Assembly (NCBI GenBank): GCA_902613065.1
Contig: CACMFU010000001.1
Coordinates: 131,471-195,470, forward strand
Reading direction: 5' to 3'
Length of the DNA: 64,000 nt
From: an uncultured Pelagibacteraceae bacterium
Lineage (GTDB): Bacteria > Pseudomonadota > Alphaproteobacteria > Pelagibacterales > Pelagibacteraceae
Shown: positions 28,906 through 39,161 of the stretch, piece after piece
Numbering within the stretch: position 1 is the first letter of the stretch
Layout: the number at the start of each line of letters is the position of its first letter
Notes under the pieces: model-generated
The model's database searches: none
Told to the model about the DNA's origin: nothing
Seen by the model: only the letters and a program-made list of their open reading frames with translations
Translations under genes and position numbers: made by a program

Positions 28906-30078
28906 ATGCAAAAAAAAAAAATTATTTATGAAAATTTTAACTATAAAATAAATAAGCCTCTACAAAAGAAACTACTTAATTATCTTAAACCAAAAGAACT
29001 ATTATTAAAATATCCTTTATTAAAATCTCTTTGTTCAAATTATAAATATGATGTAACTAAAAAAAATTTAAAAAAACTTAAAAAGTATAAAAGTTACAAT
29101 TTAATTGGAATGGGTGGATCTATTTTAGGAGCTCAAGCAATCTATGATTTTTTAGACAAAAAAATAAAAAAAAAATTCAATTTTTATAATAATTTACAAA
29201 GCAATATTAAGTTCAGTAATAATGGCAAAAAATTAAATATAATAATTTCAAAATCAGGAAACACTTTAGAAACATTTGCAAATCTTAATTTAATTTTAAG
29301 CCAACAAAAAAGAAATGATAACCTTTTAATTACAGAGAATAAAAGCAGTATTTTAAATAAATTAGCAAGTAAATTAAAAGCTGACGTAATCGAACACAAA
29401 AATTATATTGGTGGAAGATACTCGGTGCTTTCTGAAGTAGGCATGATTCCAGCTGAATTAATGGGACTAAGTGAAAAAAAATTTAAAAGATTTAATTATC
29501 TTATAAAAAATAAGTCTTTTACTAAGTGCTTGGTAAATAATGTTTTGGGTATTTATAAAAATCTTAATCAAGGAAAAAAAAATTCAGTTATTTTAAATTA
29601 TGATGAGAGCTTAAATAATTTTTTAAAATGGTATCAACAATTAACAGCTGAAAGTTTGGGTAAAGAAAATAGAGGCATATTTCCGATTATTTCCACTATG
29701 CCTAAAGACAATCATAGCCTTTTGCAACTTTATCTAGATGGATATAAAGATAATTTTTTCACTTTTTTTAGCACAATAAATTTTAGATCATTTAATTTCA
29801 GTAACACATTTCTAATAGATGGTTTTAAGAATTTAAAATATAAAAATATCGATTATGTCATTAACACTCAAAAAAAGGCTACCCAGAATATTTTTAAACA
29901 GAAAAAAATACCTTTTAGATGTTTTGATTTATCAGTTAAAAATGAAGAAACTATGGGGGAATTATTTTGCTTTTTTATATTAGAAACTTTACTCTTAGGC
30001 AAACTTCTTAAAGTAAATCCATTAGATCAGCCATCTGTTGAATTGATAAAAAGAGAAACGAAAAGAATTTTAAAATAA
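28906..30078 (+). CDS. pgi: Glucose-6-phosphate isomerase (short form)
   Basis: GMGGSILG, SKSGNTLET, GGRYSVLS, QQLTAESLGK, HSLLQL, NPLDQPSVELIK. Confidence 0.88.
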   Translation: MQKKKIIYENFNYKINKPLQKKLLNYLKPKELLLKYPLLKSLCSNYKYDVTKKNLKKLKKYKSYNLIGMGGSILGAQAIYDFLDKKIKKKFNFYNNLQSNIKFSNNGKKLNIIISKSGNTLETFANLNLILSQQKRNDNLLITENKSSILNKLASKLKADVIEHKNYIGGRYSVLSEVGMIPAELMGLSEKKFKRFNYLIKNKSFTKCLVNNVLGIYKNLNQGKKNSVILNYDESLNNFLKWYQQLTAESLGKENRGIFPIISTMPKDNHSLLQLYLDGYKDNFFTFFSTINFRSFNFSNTFLIDGFKNLKYKNIDYVINTQKKATQNIFKQKKIPFRCFDLSVKNEETMGELFCFFILETLLLGKLLKVNPLDQPSVELIKRETKRILK

Positions 30079-30636
30079 TATTTTTCCAAAAATTATCTTT
30101 GAAACACCATATGTTTGTACTCTAAAAATTTTAAATTCTTTTATGAATTCATCCGTATATTTCTTATTTCTGTGAATAATGATCATTGTATTTGATTGAG
30201 CTAATTTAAAATTTTTTATTCTTTCTAATAATTTATTTATGTTCTTATCCTTAAATGGCGGGTCCAAATAAATTAAATCGATTTTTTTATCATCTACATT
30301 TTTACTTGATATTTCATAGACATTTTTTTCAATAATCACTGAATTTTGATAAAGCTTTAAATCGTCTAAATTTTTTTTTAAAATTTTTAAAGATGGCTTA
30401 TAATTTTCAATAAAATAAACTTTTTTTACTCCTCTGGATAAACATTCAATGCCAAATGATCCTGAACCGGAGAACAAATCTAAAACAATACCATTTTTAA
30501 ACTCTATTTTTTGATTTTTAGAGTGTTCAAGGATATTAAATATTGATTCTCTTACCATGTCTCTCAATGGTCTTGTATTCTTATCAGTAGGATTTTGAAT
30601 TATTTTACCTTTAAGATTTCCACTTATTACTCTCAT
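30070..30636 (-). CDS. rsmD: 16S rRNA m2G966 methyltransferase
   Basis: MRVISG, TRPLRDMVRESIFN, LDLFSGSGSFGIECLSRG, YLDPPF. Confidence 0.93.
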   Translation of the reverse strand: MRVISGNLKGKIIQNPTDKNTRPLRDMVRESIFNILEHSKNQKIEFKNGIVLDLFSGSGSFGIECLSRGVKKVYFIENYKPSLKILKKNLDDLKLYQNSVIIEKNVYEISSKNVDDKKIDLIYLDPPFKDKNINKLLERIKNFKLAQSNTMIIIHRNKKYTDEFIKEFKIFRVQTYGVSKIIFGKILF

Positions 30637-31898
30637 TCATTTATTACTTTATGGCCTATATCAGATCTATAAAAACCATCTTTCCAATTTAATTTTTCTA
30701 TTCGTCTTATAATTTCTATCCTACTGGATAAAAAATTATTTGAAATATTTACAAAATTTATCACTCGACCACCAACTGCCAAAATTTTATTTCCAACTTT
30801 TTTTGTACCAGCATGAAAAACAAAGTTATCCTCGGTTGATTTAAATTCATTTAAATTATTAATCTCAATATTTTTATTATATTTTTCTGGATACCCTTTA
30901 GAGCATAATACTATGCACATACTTTTTTTAGTTTTCCACTTTATTTCCTGTTTTTTCAGATGTGAATTGCAGCATGCGTCTATAATTTCAACTAAATCAT
31001 TGTCTACTAAAGGTAAAATAGTTTGACACTCTGGATCTCCCATTCTTACATTGTATTCGATAAGAAATGGTTCATTATTTTTAATCATTAATCCTGCGTA
31101 TAAAAATCCTACATATTTTTCATTCATTTCTTTTATAGCTTTAAATGTAGGTTCAATTATTTTTTTTAAAATTTTGTCCTCTAAATCTTTATTAATTAAG
31201 CTTGAAGGTGAATAGGCTCCCATTCCACCTGTATTTTTACCAGTATCACCTTCACCTACTCTTTTGTGATCTTGAGCTGTATTAAAAGTCTTATAACAAA
31301 TTCCATCTGAAATAGTGAAAAAACTCATTTCGTCACCTTCTAAAAATTCCTCAATTAAAAGTTGATCTGTTTTACCAAATTTACCAGCAAAAATTTCAGT
31401 GACGGCACTTTTAGCATCATTTATTTCTTTACAAATATAAACACCTTTTCCTGCAGCTAATACATCTGCTTTTATAACAAGTGGAAAAGTAGATGATGAT
31501 AAAAATTCAAATGCCTTTTCTTTTGAATTACAAATTTTAAATTTAGCTGTAGGAATATTATATTTCTCACAGATTTTTTTTGTAAATATTTTTGACCCTT
31601 CTAATTGAGCTACAGTTTTATTGGGTCCAAATACTTTTATTTTTTTTTTTTCAAGAAAATCTACTATTCCTTCTACCAAAGGTTTTTCAGGACCAATAAT
31701 AACTAATTCGATTTTTTCTTTACTTAAAAAATTATACAAATCTTCAAAATTATTTGGATCTAAATCAATATTTTTAGATATTTCACCTGTGCCCGCATTC
31801 CCGGGAATACTATATAATTTAATTAATTTTTTAGATTTACTTAATTGATATGCTAAAGCATGTTCTCTACCACCGCTTCCAATAATTGCAATTTTCAT
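30633..31898 (-). CDS. purD: Phosphoribosylamine--glycine ligase
   Basis: GSGGREHAL, IGPEKPL, LEGSKIF, QDHKR, NTGGMGAYSP, EYNVRMGDPE. Confidence 0.97.
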   Translation of the reverse strand: MKIAIIGSGGREHALAYQLSKSKKLIKLYSIPGNAGTGEISKNIDLDPNNFEDLYNFLSKEKIELVIIGPEKPLVEGIVDFLEKKKIKVFGPNKTVAQLEGSKIFTKKICEKYNIPTAKFKICNSKEKAFEFLSSSTFPLVIKADVLAAGKGVYICKEINDAKSAVTEIFAGKFGKTDQLLIEEFLEGDEMSFFTISDGICYKTFNTAQDHKRVGEGDTGKNTGGMGAYSPSSLINKDLEDKILKKIIEPTFKAIKEMNEKYVGFLYAGLMIKNNEPFLIEYNVRMGDPECQTILPLVDNDLVEIIDACCNSHLKKQEIKWKTKKSMCIVLCSKGYPEKYNKNIEINNLNEFKSTEDNFVFHAGTKKVGNKILAVGGRVINFVNISNNFLSSRIEIIRRIEKLNWKDGFYRSDIGHKVINE

Positions 31899-31920
31899 TT
31901 AGTAAATATATATCTTAAAT

Positions 31921-32118
31921 ATGTTAAATAAGTTAGCTAAATTAAAATACTCAGCAAACAATTTTGAAATTATAGAGGATGGTGATCATGTTATTTGTGC
32001 TGTTTCACAAAAAAAAATACCACTTGAAAATCTTAATTATTGGAATGTTGAAGAACAAGAAGCATATTTTTCTTACATAGAAGCTTCGATCAAAAGAGAT
32101 ACATTAACTAAAAAATAA
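31921..32118 (+). CDS. DUF2093 small protein
   Basis: FEIIEDGDHVICAVSQKKIPLENLNYWNVEEQEAYF matches DUF2093. Confidence 0.85.
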   Translation: MLNKLAKLKYSANNFEIIEDGDHVICAVSQKKIPLENLNYWNVEEQEAYFSYIEASIKRDTLTKK

Positions 32119-32979
32119 TTATTTTTTCCACCTATCGTGTGTCCAAATCCACTGATCTATATTTTTTAAAATCATTTTCTCAAGAATTTTGTTTAAATGT
32201 TCTGTAATTTCTTTGGTTGATTTATTATTTCCAATTTTAATTGGTGCAGAAATAAACATTTTAAAATAATATTTTCTTTGTCTCTCTATATAAATCGGAA
32301 CCAATTCACATTTATATTTTTTTATTAATTGAGCGGGAATGGTTGTTGTAGTAGCTGATTTTCCAAAAAAATTAGTTTTTATTCCTTCTCTAACTCTTTG
32401 ATCAATCATTAGAGCAACTGACCGACCTTTTTTCAAATTCTCAATTATTTGTCTTGTACCGGATCTACCTTTTCTAATTTGATTTTTACATATAAATTTT
32501 TTTCGTATTTCTTCCATTGTGTTGTTAAGAAATAAATTGTTTAAAGGTCTATAAATAGCGCATAATTCTATGCCTGCCTTTTCTATTTGAAGTGCCATCA
32601 ATTCAAAGTTATTGAAGTGTCCTGAAATAAATACGGCCCTTTTTTTTTCCTTCTTAATATCATTTAAGTTTTCAATACCCTCAATTTCAATGAATTTATT
32701 TAATTTGTTATTTCTAAAATCCTTAAGAAATGGATATTCTGCAAGTATTCTTCCATAATTACCATAAAGTTTATTCACAATTTTATTGTATTTTGTTTTA
32801 TCAACTACCCCTGATTGTTCTAAATTTTTATTTATTAATTTTCTTGATCTAAATATTGGCCCTAATAAACGTCCTATGAAACATCCTAAATTAGATCCAC
32901 TTTTATATCCAATAATTTTTAATATAAGAAAAAATAATTTAATCAATACAAATTCAATAAAATAAAAAAACTTTTTCAT
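32119..32979 (-). CDS. lpxL: Lipid A acyltransferase (LpxL/HtrB family)
   Basis: SGHFNNFE (HX4E), YRPLNN, MIDQR, FFGKSA, DQWIWTHDRW. Confidence 0.88.
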   Translation of the reverse strand: MKKFFYFIEFVLIKLFFLILKIIGYKSGSNLGCFIGRLLGPIFRSRKLINKNLEQSGVVDKTKYNKIVNKLYGNYGRILAEYPFLKDFRNNKLNKFIEIEGIENLNDIKKEKKRAVFISGHFNNFELMALQIEKAGIELCAIYRPLNNLFLNNTMEEIRKKFICKNQIRKGRSGTRQIIENLKKGRSVALMIDQRVREGIKTNFFGKSATTTTIPAQLIKKYKCELVPIYIERQRKYYFKMFISAPIKIGNNKSTKEITEHLNKILEKMILKNIDQWIWTHDRWKK

Positions 32980-33899
32980 ATTCTTTTGATTAAAAAATTT
33001 TTAAATTGCATTTCCTTTTCAATTTTCAATTCTATTTTTAAATGTTGAATATTTTTTCTTTGTATATTTGATAATCGATTATAATCCTTTTCACTAGTTA
33101 CAATTTTTAATTTATTACTTTTAGCTATTTTATTTATATTTTTAATATCTGAATTTTTATAATTATAATGATCAGGAAAAATTATTTTTTTTTTTATTTT
33201 AAACCTAAATTTTTTTAGTGTCTTTTCAAATTCTATTGGATTGCCAATTCCTGAAAACATTAAAAAATTATCATTAAGTTTAAAGTCTTTAATATTTTTT
33301 GGAGTATATTTTGCTCTAAATATTCTCAAAGCAGGATTTAATTTTCTAAGATATTTTTCAAAATTTGTATTATTTTTTTCACCATTTAAAAATGCTATAT
33401 TGTAATCCATAATTTTAGAAATTCTTTCTCTTAATGGTCCTGCCGGGATTACTAATCCATTGCCAATTAGATCCGAACTGTTAAAGCAAGCTATAGAAAT
33501 GTCATAGTTTAAACTTTTTTCTTGCAAACCATCATCTAAGATAGCCACTTGGTATTTTTTCTGCTGAGCAATTTTAAGTGCAATATCTCTAAAACTTGAG
33601 CAGATCAATTCCCCATACGTAGATAAAATATTCTGTTCATCAATTTGATTAGAATACTTTTTTTTTATAAACACAGTTTTATATTTATATTTTAAAATTT
33701 CGTTAATTTTTAAGACTAATGGTGTTTTTCCAGTTCCGCCTAAGTAAATATTTCCTACACATATAGTCTTAATTTTGAAATGTTTTTTAGAACTGAATGA
33801 TTTAATAAAATTATAAATTACTGTTAGTAAACTCAAAGGAATAAGTAATAATGATATTAAATTAAAACTATCCCAAAAAATGGGTCTCTTTATTTTCAT
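32976..33899 (-). CDS. lpxK: Tetraacyldisaccharide 4'-kinase
   Basis: CVGNIYLGGTGKTP, ILDDGLQ, PAGPLRE, FPDHY, TSEKD. Confidence 0.93.
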   Translation of the reverse strand: MKIKRPIFWDSFNLISLLLIPLSLLTVIYNFIKSFSSKKHFKIKTICVGNIYLGGTGKTPLVLKINEILKYKYKTVFIKKKYSNQIDEQNILSTYGELICSSFRDIALKIAQQKKYQVAILDDGLQEKSLNYDISIACFNSSDLIGNGLVIPAGPLRERISKIMDYNIAFLNGEKNNTNFEKYLRKLNPALRIFRAKYTPKNIKDFKLNDNFLMFSGIGNPIEFEKTLKKFRFKIKKKIIFPDHYNYKNSDIKNINKIAKSNKLKIVTSEKDYNRLSNIQRKNIQHLKIELKIEKEMQFKNFLIKRI

Positions 33900-35128
33900 T
33901 ATAAATAATTTTGAATTTCTTTGATATTTTCTCTAAAAATTCTACTTCCTAAATCATGAATTCGTTTAATTTTATTTTTTGATTTTTTGTAATTATATTT
34001 TTTTACAAATACTTTTTTCATTTCGCTGATATTTTTAACTTCTGAAGAAATTTTATAATTTTTCAATTCTTTGTAAATTTCCTTGAAATTGTCAATTTTT
34101 CCACCATGCATGACGTAATTACCCATTCTAACAGCTTCCAATGGATTTTGTCCCCCATGATTTATTATTGATCCTCCAATAAAAGCCAAATTTGAAAGTT
34201 CTAAAAAATTTGACATTTCTCCATAAGTATCAACTACTAAAATATCGCAATCACTTGATGGTTTCAAACCACTTGTCCTTTTTATAACTTTAAGTTTTAA
34301 ATTCTTTAAGTTTTCAATAATATCTTCTGATCTGTTTATATGTCTGGGTATAATTATAGTAATTAAATCTTTAAATTTTTGCTTTAGATCCAAATGTAAT
34401 CTGCCAATTATTATTTCCTCATTATGATGTGTACTAGCAGCGCAAAAAACTATCTTATTTTTGAAATATTTTTTAATATTTATTTTAGAAATTGGCTTGT
34501 TATTTTTAAAATATTTTAAATTTCCTATATACTTTATTTTTTTTACTCCTAATCTATTTAGATAATTTTTAGTTTCTTTATTTTGAGGTAGTGCAATTGA
34601 AATTTTGCTAAAAATATTATTTGCAAATGAAGGCATTTTGCTCCATCTTTCAAAGCTTTTTTTAGTTATTCTACCATTAATCAAAATAATAGGTATTTTT
34701 TTTAAATATAATCTTTCATACATGTTTGGCCAAATTTCAGAGTCGACAAAAATTGCAATTTTAGGTTTCCATTTTCTTAGAAAATTATTGCAAATAAATC
34801 CTATATCAAATGGATAATAAGCATGAGTAGTTTTTTTAAAATTTTGTCTTTTAATAATTGAAGCTGAACTTGTTGTACTTGAAGTAAGTAAAATTTTTTT
34901 TACTTTTTTATTTTCCTCAAATTTTTTTATTACAGGCAAAATAGTCATTATTTCCCCAACGCTTGCTCCATGGAACCATATAGTTTGAATATTATTTTTT
35001 TTATCATTCAATGAATATTTTTCTAAAAATCTATTTTTTTCCTCTTTTCCAGAGATTAATCTTATTAAAATTATTAATGGGGAAAGTATTAAAAATACTA
35101 TTCCGAAGATATTATAAAGGAAGATCAT
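33899..35128 (-). CDS. waaA: Kdo transferase
   Basis: WFHGASVGE, DSEIWPN, AASTHHNEE, IPRH, GGQNPLE. Confidence 0.93.
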   Translation of the reverse strand: MIFLYNIFGIVFLILSPLIILIRLISGKEEKNRFLEKYSLNDKKNNIQTIWFHGASVGEIMTILPVIKKFEENKKVKKILLTSSTTSSASIIKRQNFKKTTHAYYPFDIGFICNNFLRKWKPKIAIFVDSEIWPNMYERLYLKKIPIILINGRITKKSFERWSKMPSFANNIFSKISIALPQNKETKNYLNRLGVKKIKYIGNLKYFKNNKPISKINIKKYFKNKIVFCAASTHHNEEIIIGRLHLDLKQKFKDLITIIIPRHINRSEDIIENLKNLKLKVIKRTSGLKPSSDCDILVVDTYGEMSNFLELSNLAFIGGSIINHGGQNPLEAVRMGNYVMHGGKIDNFKEIYKELKNYKISSEVKNISEMKKVFVKKYNYKKSKNKIKRIHDLGSRIFRENIKEIQNYL

Positions 35129-36870
35129 TAATTATTTTTGATCTGTCTGTCATAGAAATTTTTATAAAGTGACGAATTTTTTAGGAGTTCAGTATGTTTT
35201 CCGAAACTCTGTACAGAGCCTTTATCAATTACATAAATATTTTCTGAATTAAGTATCGTTGATAGTCTGTGAGCAATTACTACAGTTGTTTTATTTTTTG
35301 TCAATTCTTCCAAGGCTTTTTGTATCTTCTCTTCAGTTTCAGAATCTAGAGAAGAGGTCGCTTCATCTAATAAAATTATTTTACTGTCTTTTAAAAGAGC
35401 TCTTGCAATAGATAATCGCTGTTTTTCTCCCCCTGATAATTTCACCCCATTTTCTCCTATGAAAGTTTCAAATTTTCTCTCTAATTTTTCAATGAAGTCT
35501 GTACTCATAGAAATTTTTGCAGCTTTATAGACTTCTTCATCAGTAGCTGAAGGTTTTGCATATTTAATATTATTAAAAACTGTATCATCAAATAGAGTAG
35601 TATTTTGATCTACAATTGATATTTCTTTTCTTAAAGATGCAAGATTTACTTCTTTGATATTTTGGTTATCTATTAATATTTCTCCTTCATTTGCCTCATA
35701 AATTCTTGGTATCAAGTTTAATATCGTCGATTTTCCAGATCCACTATGACCAACTAAAGCAGTCATTTTTTTTCCCACAATATTCATATTAATTTTTTTC
35801 AACACAATATTTTTTGCATTAGAATTGTATTTAAAGCTTAAATCTTTTATTTTAATTGATGCATTATCAATTTTTAAGTGATCACCACTTTCGTTTTTTG
35901 ATATTTTATTTTTTTGATCTATGATTGGTATAATTCGTTTAGCTGCTGATAATCCTTGGCCAAAAGCTATATTGACTGTAGCTAGTGACTTAACTGGTTG
36001 ATAAGCTAACATCATTGCAGCTAAAAATGAAAAAAAATTGTTAATACTTAATTGACCACTCATAATCATTTTCCCAGAGAAAAAAATAAGAATAGCAATC
36101 ATAATTCCAGTTAATATTTCCATAATAGGAGTAGATCTTATAAAAACTGTAAGAATTTTTATTGATTTTTCTTTTAGTTCATCAACAAATTTTTCAGATC
36201 TTTCATTTTCATAATTTTCTCTTTGAAAAATTTTTATTATCTTATGATTTTTAAATAAATCGACTAAATATTTATTCAAATCTCCTGATTTTTCTTGTGC
36301 CTCGGTAGTAACTTTTTTAATTCTTTTTCCTAATTTTTTAGCTGTAAATGTTGCAATGGGTATCATTATAATTGCAATTAAAGATAATTTCCAATTTTGA
36401 AAAAACATTACAAGTAATAATCCAATCAATGTCAGTCCATCTTTGAATAAATTTAAAATCGCATTACTCAACATCGCAGTAATTTGATTTACATCGAAAT
36501 TTAAATTTGAAATATATTTTCCAGTGTGTTTATCTTCAATCATTTCAGTGTCAGCTTTTATAAAAGATGACAACATGTCGATTTGAATATTTTTTTTTAC
36601 TTCCTCAGATGTTCTTATCATTAAAACTTTTGCTATGTATAAAGAAATTCCCTTAGTTGAAAATGCAATAATAATTAATATTGGAATTACTAAAATTAGA
36701 CTTTGGTCTTTATTTAAAAAAATCTTCTCTATCGCTGGATCTAATAACCAAGCAGTAGCTGAAGTGCTACCCGCTACAAGTATTGAAAAAATTAGGGCAA
36801 AAATAATTTTTCCAAGATGTTTTTTTGTGTAATCAATATACAATCGGAAAATAATCTCTTTATCATTCAT
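35128..36870 (-). CDS. msbA: Lipid A flippase ABC transporter (start placed at ATG 36870)
   Basis: Six-TM domain plus GHSGSGKST, LSGGEKQR, LDEATSSLD; within the lipid A cluster. Confidence 0.85.
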   Translation of the reverse strand: MNDKEIIFRLYIDYTKKHLGKIIFALIFSILVAGSTSATAWLLDPAIEKIFLNKDQSLILVIPILIIIAFSTKGISLYIAKVLMIRTSEEVKKNIQIDMLSSFIKADTEMIEDKHTGKYISNLNFDVNQITAMLSNAILNLFKDGLTLIGLLLVMFFQNWKLSLIAIIMIPIATFTAKKLGKRIKKVTTEAQEKSGDLNKYLVDLFKNHKIIKIFQRENYENERSEKFVDELKEKSIKILTVFIRSTPIMEILTGIMIAILIFFSGKMIMSGQLSINNFFSFLAAMMLAYQPVKSLATVNIAFGQGLSAAKRIIPIIDQKNKISKNESGDHLKIDNASIKIKDLSFKYNSNAKNIVLKKINMNIVGKKMTALVGHSGSGKSTILNLIPRIYEANEGEILIDNQNIKEVNLASLRKEISIVDQNTTLFDDTVFNNIKYAKPSATDEEVYKAAKISMSTDFIEKLERKFETFIGENGVKLSGGEKQRLSIARALLKDSKIILLDEATSSLDSETEEKIQKALEELTKNKTTVVIAHRLSTILNSENIYVIDKGSVQSFGKHTELLKNSSLYKNFYDRQIKNN

Positions 36871-36871
36871 A

Positions 36872-37741
36872 CTAAAAAACTTTACCAATTATAATATTTG
36901 TCAAAATTATTAATCCCAATAAATTATTACTTTTGAATTTTGCTAGACAATTTTTTTCATCGTTCACATTTAAACTAAATACTTGAAAATAAAATAAATG
37001 TATAATCGTAACAATGAGAGATAAATAAAAAAATATATTATAATCCATTAAAAACCCCACAATAAATAATGTTGAGATAAAAACTAAATAACTAAATGAA
37101 ATAAATTTCTTTGGGTTATTTTTGAATTTTATTGAAGTCGATTTGACTCCTATAATCTCATCATCATTAATATCCTGGTACCCATATATTGTGTCGTATC
37201 CTAATGTCCAAAATGTGGCCCCGAAATAGAATAATATTGGAATTAATGAAATATTATTCTGAACTGAAACCCATGCTAAAACTAGCCCGTAATTAAAAGT
37301 AATACCCAAAAAAAGTTGAGGCCAGTAAGTAAATCTTTTCATTAAAGGATAAGTAAATGCAAAAGGCATTGAGAGTAGAGCCAAGTAAATTGTATATTTG
37401 TTAAAATTTATTAGAACTATAAATGCAATTAAGCATAAAATTATTGCATAGATACTAGCACGCATAACAGAAATTTTTCCTGAAGCAATTGGTCTATTTT
37501 TTGTTCTTTCGACTAACTTATCAATTTTTCTATCGCTTATATCGTTAACAATACATCCTGCCGATCTCATTAGAACTGATCCAGAAAAAAATAAAAAAGC
37601 ATAAATAAAATAAGTATTTAAAGAAGCAGAAAAATCATATGAAATTGTTAAACCCCAAACACATGGCCAAAATAGAAGCATGAAACCAATTGGTTTATTA
37701 AGTCTTGTTAATTCAATAAAAATTTTAACCTTTTCAGACAT
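36872..37741 (-). CDS. ubiA: 4-hydroxybenzoate polyprenyltransferase
   Basis: RLNKPIG, MRSAGCIVNDISDRKID, RTKNRPIASG, YPLMKR, YDTIYGYQDINDD. Confidence 0.95.
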   Translation of the reverse strand: MSEKVKIFIELTRLNKPIGFMLLFWPCVWGLTISYDFSASLNTYFIYAFLFFSGSVLMRSAGCIVNDISDRKIDKLVERTKNRPIASGKISVMRASIYAIILCLIAFIVLINFNKYTIYLALLSMPFAFTYPLMKRFTYWPQLFLGITFNYGLVLAWVSVQNNISLIPILFYFGATFWTLGYDTIYGYQDINDDEIIGVKSTSIKFKNNPKKFISFSYLVFISTLFIVGFLMDYNIFFYLSLIVTIIHLFYFQVFSLNVNDEKNCLAKFKSNNLLGLIILTNIIIGKVF

Positions 37742-37790
37742 AATTTACTTGTAAATAACAAAGCGTAGATTCATAATCAAACTGATTCGC

Positions 37791-38198
37791 ATGAATATTG
37801 ATTACACTGTTACCGCATTAATGTTTCCCGCCATTCCCTTGATTATGGCTGTCTATAGTAACAGATTTCATACATTAAGCGGTTTGATTAGAAAAATACA
37901 CGACGAATATGTTTTTGAAAAGCATACTCCACCAGAGTGGAAACAGCAGCTAATTAACTTAAATGATAGAGTAAAAAATTTAAGGATTACTATACTTTTT
38001 GCAGCATTTGGTTTCTTATTTAATATGCTTACTGTTTTTGCTCTTTATTTAGAGACATATTTTTTAGCTAGAATAATTTTTGGTTCTTGTTGTTTATCGA
38101 TGATGGTATCAATAATATTTTTTATAAGAGAAATACAAATCTCGACTAGAGCGTTAAGACTTCATCTTTCAGATATGGATGATCAATTTAAGGAATAA
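37791..38198 (+). CDS. DUF2721-like membrane protein
   Basis: PAIPLIMAVYSNRFHTL and FIREIQISTRAL motifs. Confidence 0.8.
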   Translation: MNIDYTVTALMFPAIPLIMAVYSNRFHTLSGLIRKIHDEYVFEKHTPPEWKQQLINLNDRVKNLRITILFAAFGFLFNMLTVFALYLETYFLARIIFGSCCLSMMVSIIFFIREIQISTRALRLHLSDMDDQFKE

Positions 38199-39159
38199 TA
38201 ACTGCTGGTCCAGTTAAAATTCTATTCTCTAAATCTATGTGAGCTTGTTTAGCTTCACTTAATTTATATTTTTTAGAAACTTCAATTTTTATTTTCCCTG
38301 AGAGAACTGCATCAAAAACCAATTTAGCAGATTTTTCTAATTCATCTCTTGTAATTGTATAATGCATTATTGACGGTCTTGTAAAAAAAAGACCTTTTGT
38401 ATTTATATGTTTTTTGACATCTATAGTGTGAACATATCCAGATGCATTTCCAAATGCTACCATCATCCCTCTAATTTTTAAACATTCTATTGATCCCTCA
38501 AAAGTTTTTGCTCCAACACCATCATAGACAACATCTATTCCGTTTTTACCTACTATTTTTTCAACTTCTTCCACAAAATTATGATCTGTATAATTGATGA
38601 CATGATGACACCCATTTTTTTTTGCTATTTCAACTTTTTCTTTAGATCCAACTGTTCCAATGACTTCACATCCTAATGCATTAGCCCACTGGCATAATAT
38701 TTGACCAACACCACCAGCTGCAGCATGAAATAAAACTTTATCTCCTTTTTTTACAGCATATGACCTGTGTAATAAATATTCTGATGTTATTCCTTTCAAT
38801 AAAATGCAGGAAGCTATTTCATCTGAAATACCTTCTGGCACCGTGACTAATTTTTCTTCTGGCATTATTTGTTTTTCTGAGTATCCACTTATTGGAGCAG
38901 ATGCATGACTTACTCGATCTCCAACTTTAAAAAGACTTACTTCAGAGCCAATTTCTTCAACTACTCCAGATGCTTCTAGTCCAAGTCCACTTGGTAATTC
39001 AATTGGATACAAACCTGTTCGATGGTAAACATCAATATAATTAAGTCCAACTGACAAATTTTTAACGAGAACTTCCTTTGGACCAGGTTTACCTATTTCA
39101 ATATCCTTGTATTCTAAGACTTCTGGGCCTCCAAACTTTTCAAATCTTATAGCTTTCAT
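38188..39159 (-). CDS. qor: NADPH:quinone oxidoreductase (zeta-crystallin family)
   Basis: GGPEVLE, GLNYIDVYHRTGLYP, HAAAGGVG, VVYDGVG, FFTRPS. Confidence 0.92.
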   Translation of the reverse strand: MKAIRFEKFGGPEVLEYKDIEIGKPGPKEVLVKNLSVGLNYIDVYHRTGLYPIELPSGLGLEASGVVEEIGSEVSLFKVGDRVSHASAPISGYSEKQIMPEEKLVTVPEGISDEIASCILLKGITSEYLLHRSYAVKKGDKVLFHAAAGGVGQILCQWANALGCEVIGTVGSKEKVEIAKKNGCHHVINYTDHNFVEEVEKIVGKNGIDVVYDGVGAKTFEGSIECLKIRGMMVAFGNASGYVHTIDVKKHINTKGLFFTRPSIMHYTITRDELEKSAKLVFDAVLSGKIKIEVSKKYKLSEAKQAHIDLENRILTGPAVIIP

Positions 39160-39161
39160 AT

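Noticed and set aside
37744-37788. TTTAC-TT-GTAAA palindrome and two GANTC sites between ubiA and DUF2721
   Set aside because: Short AT-rich matches could arise by chance, and there is no evidence of CcrM/GcrA or RamB-type control without comparative data
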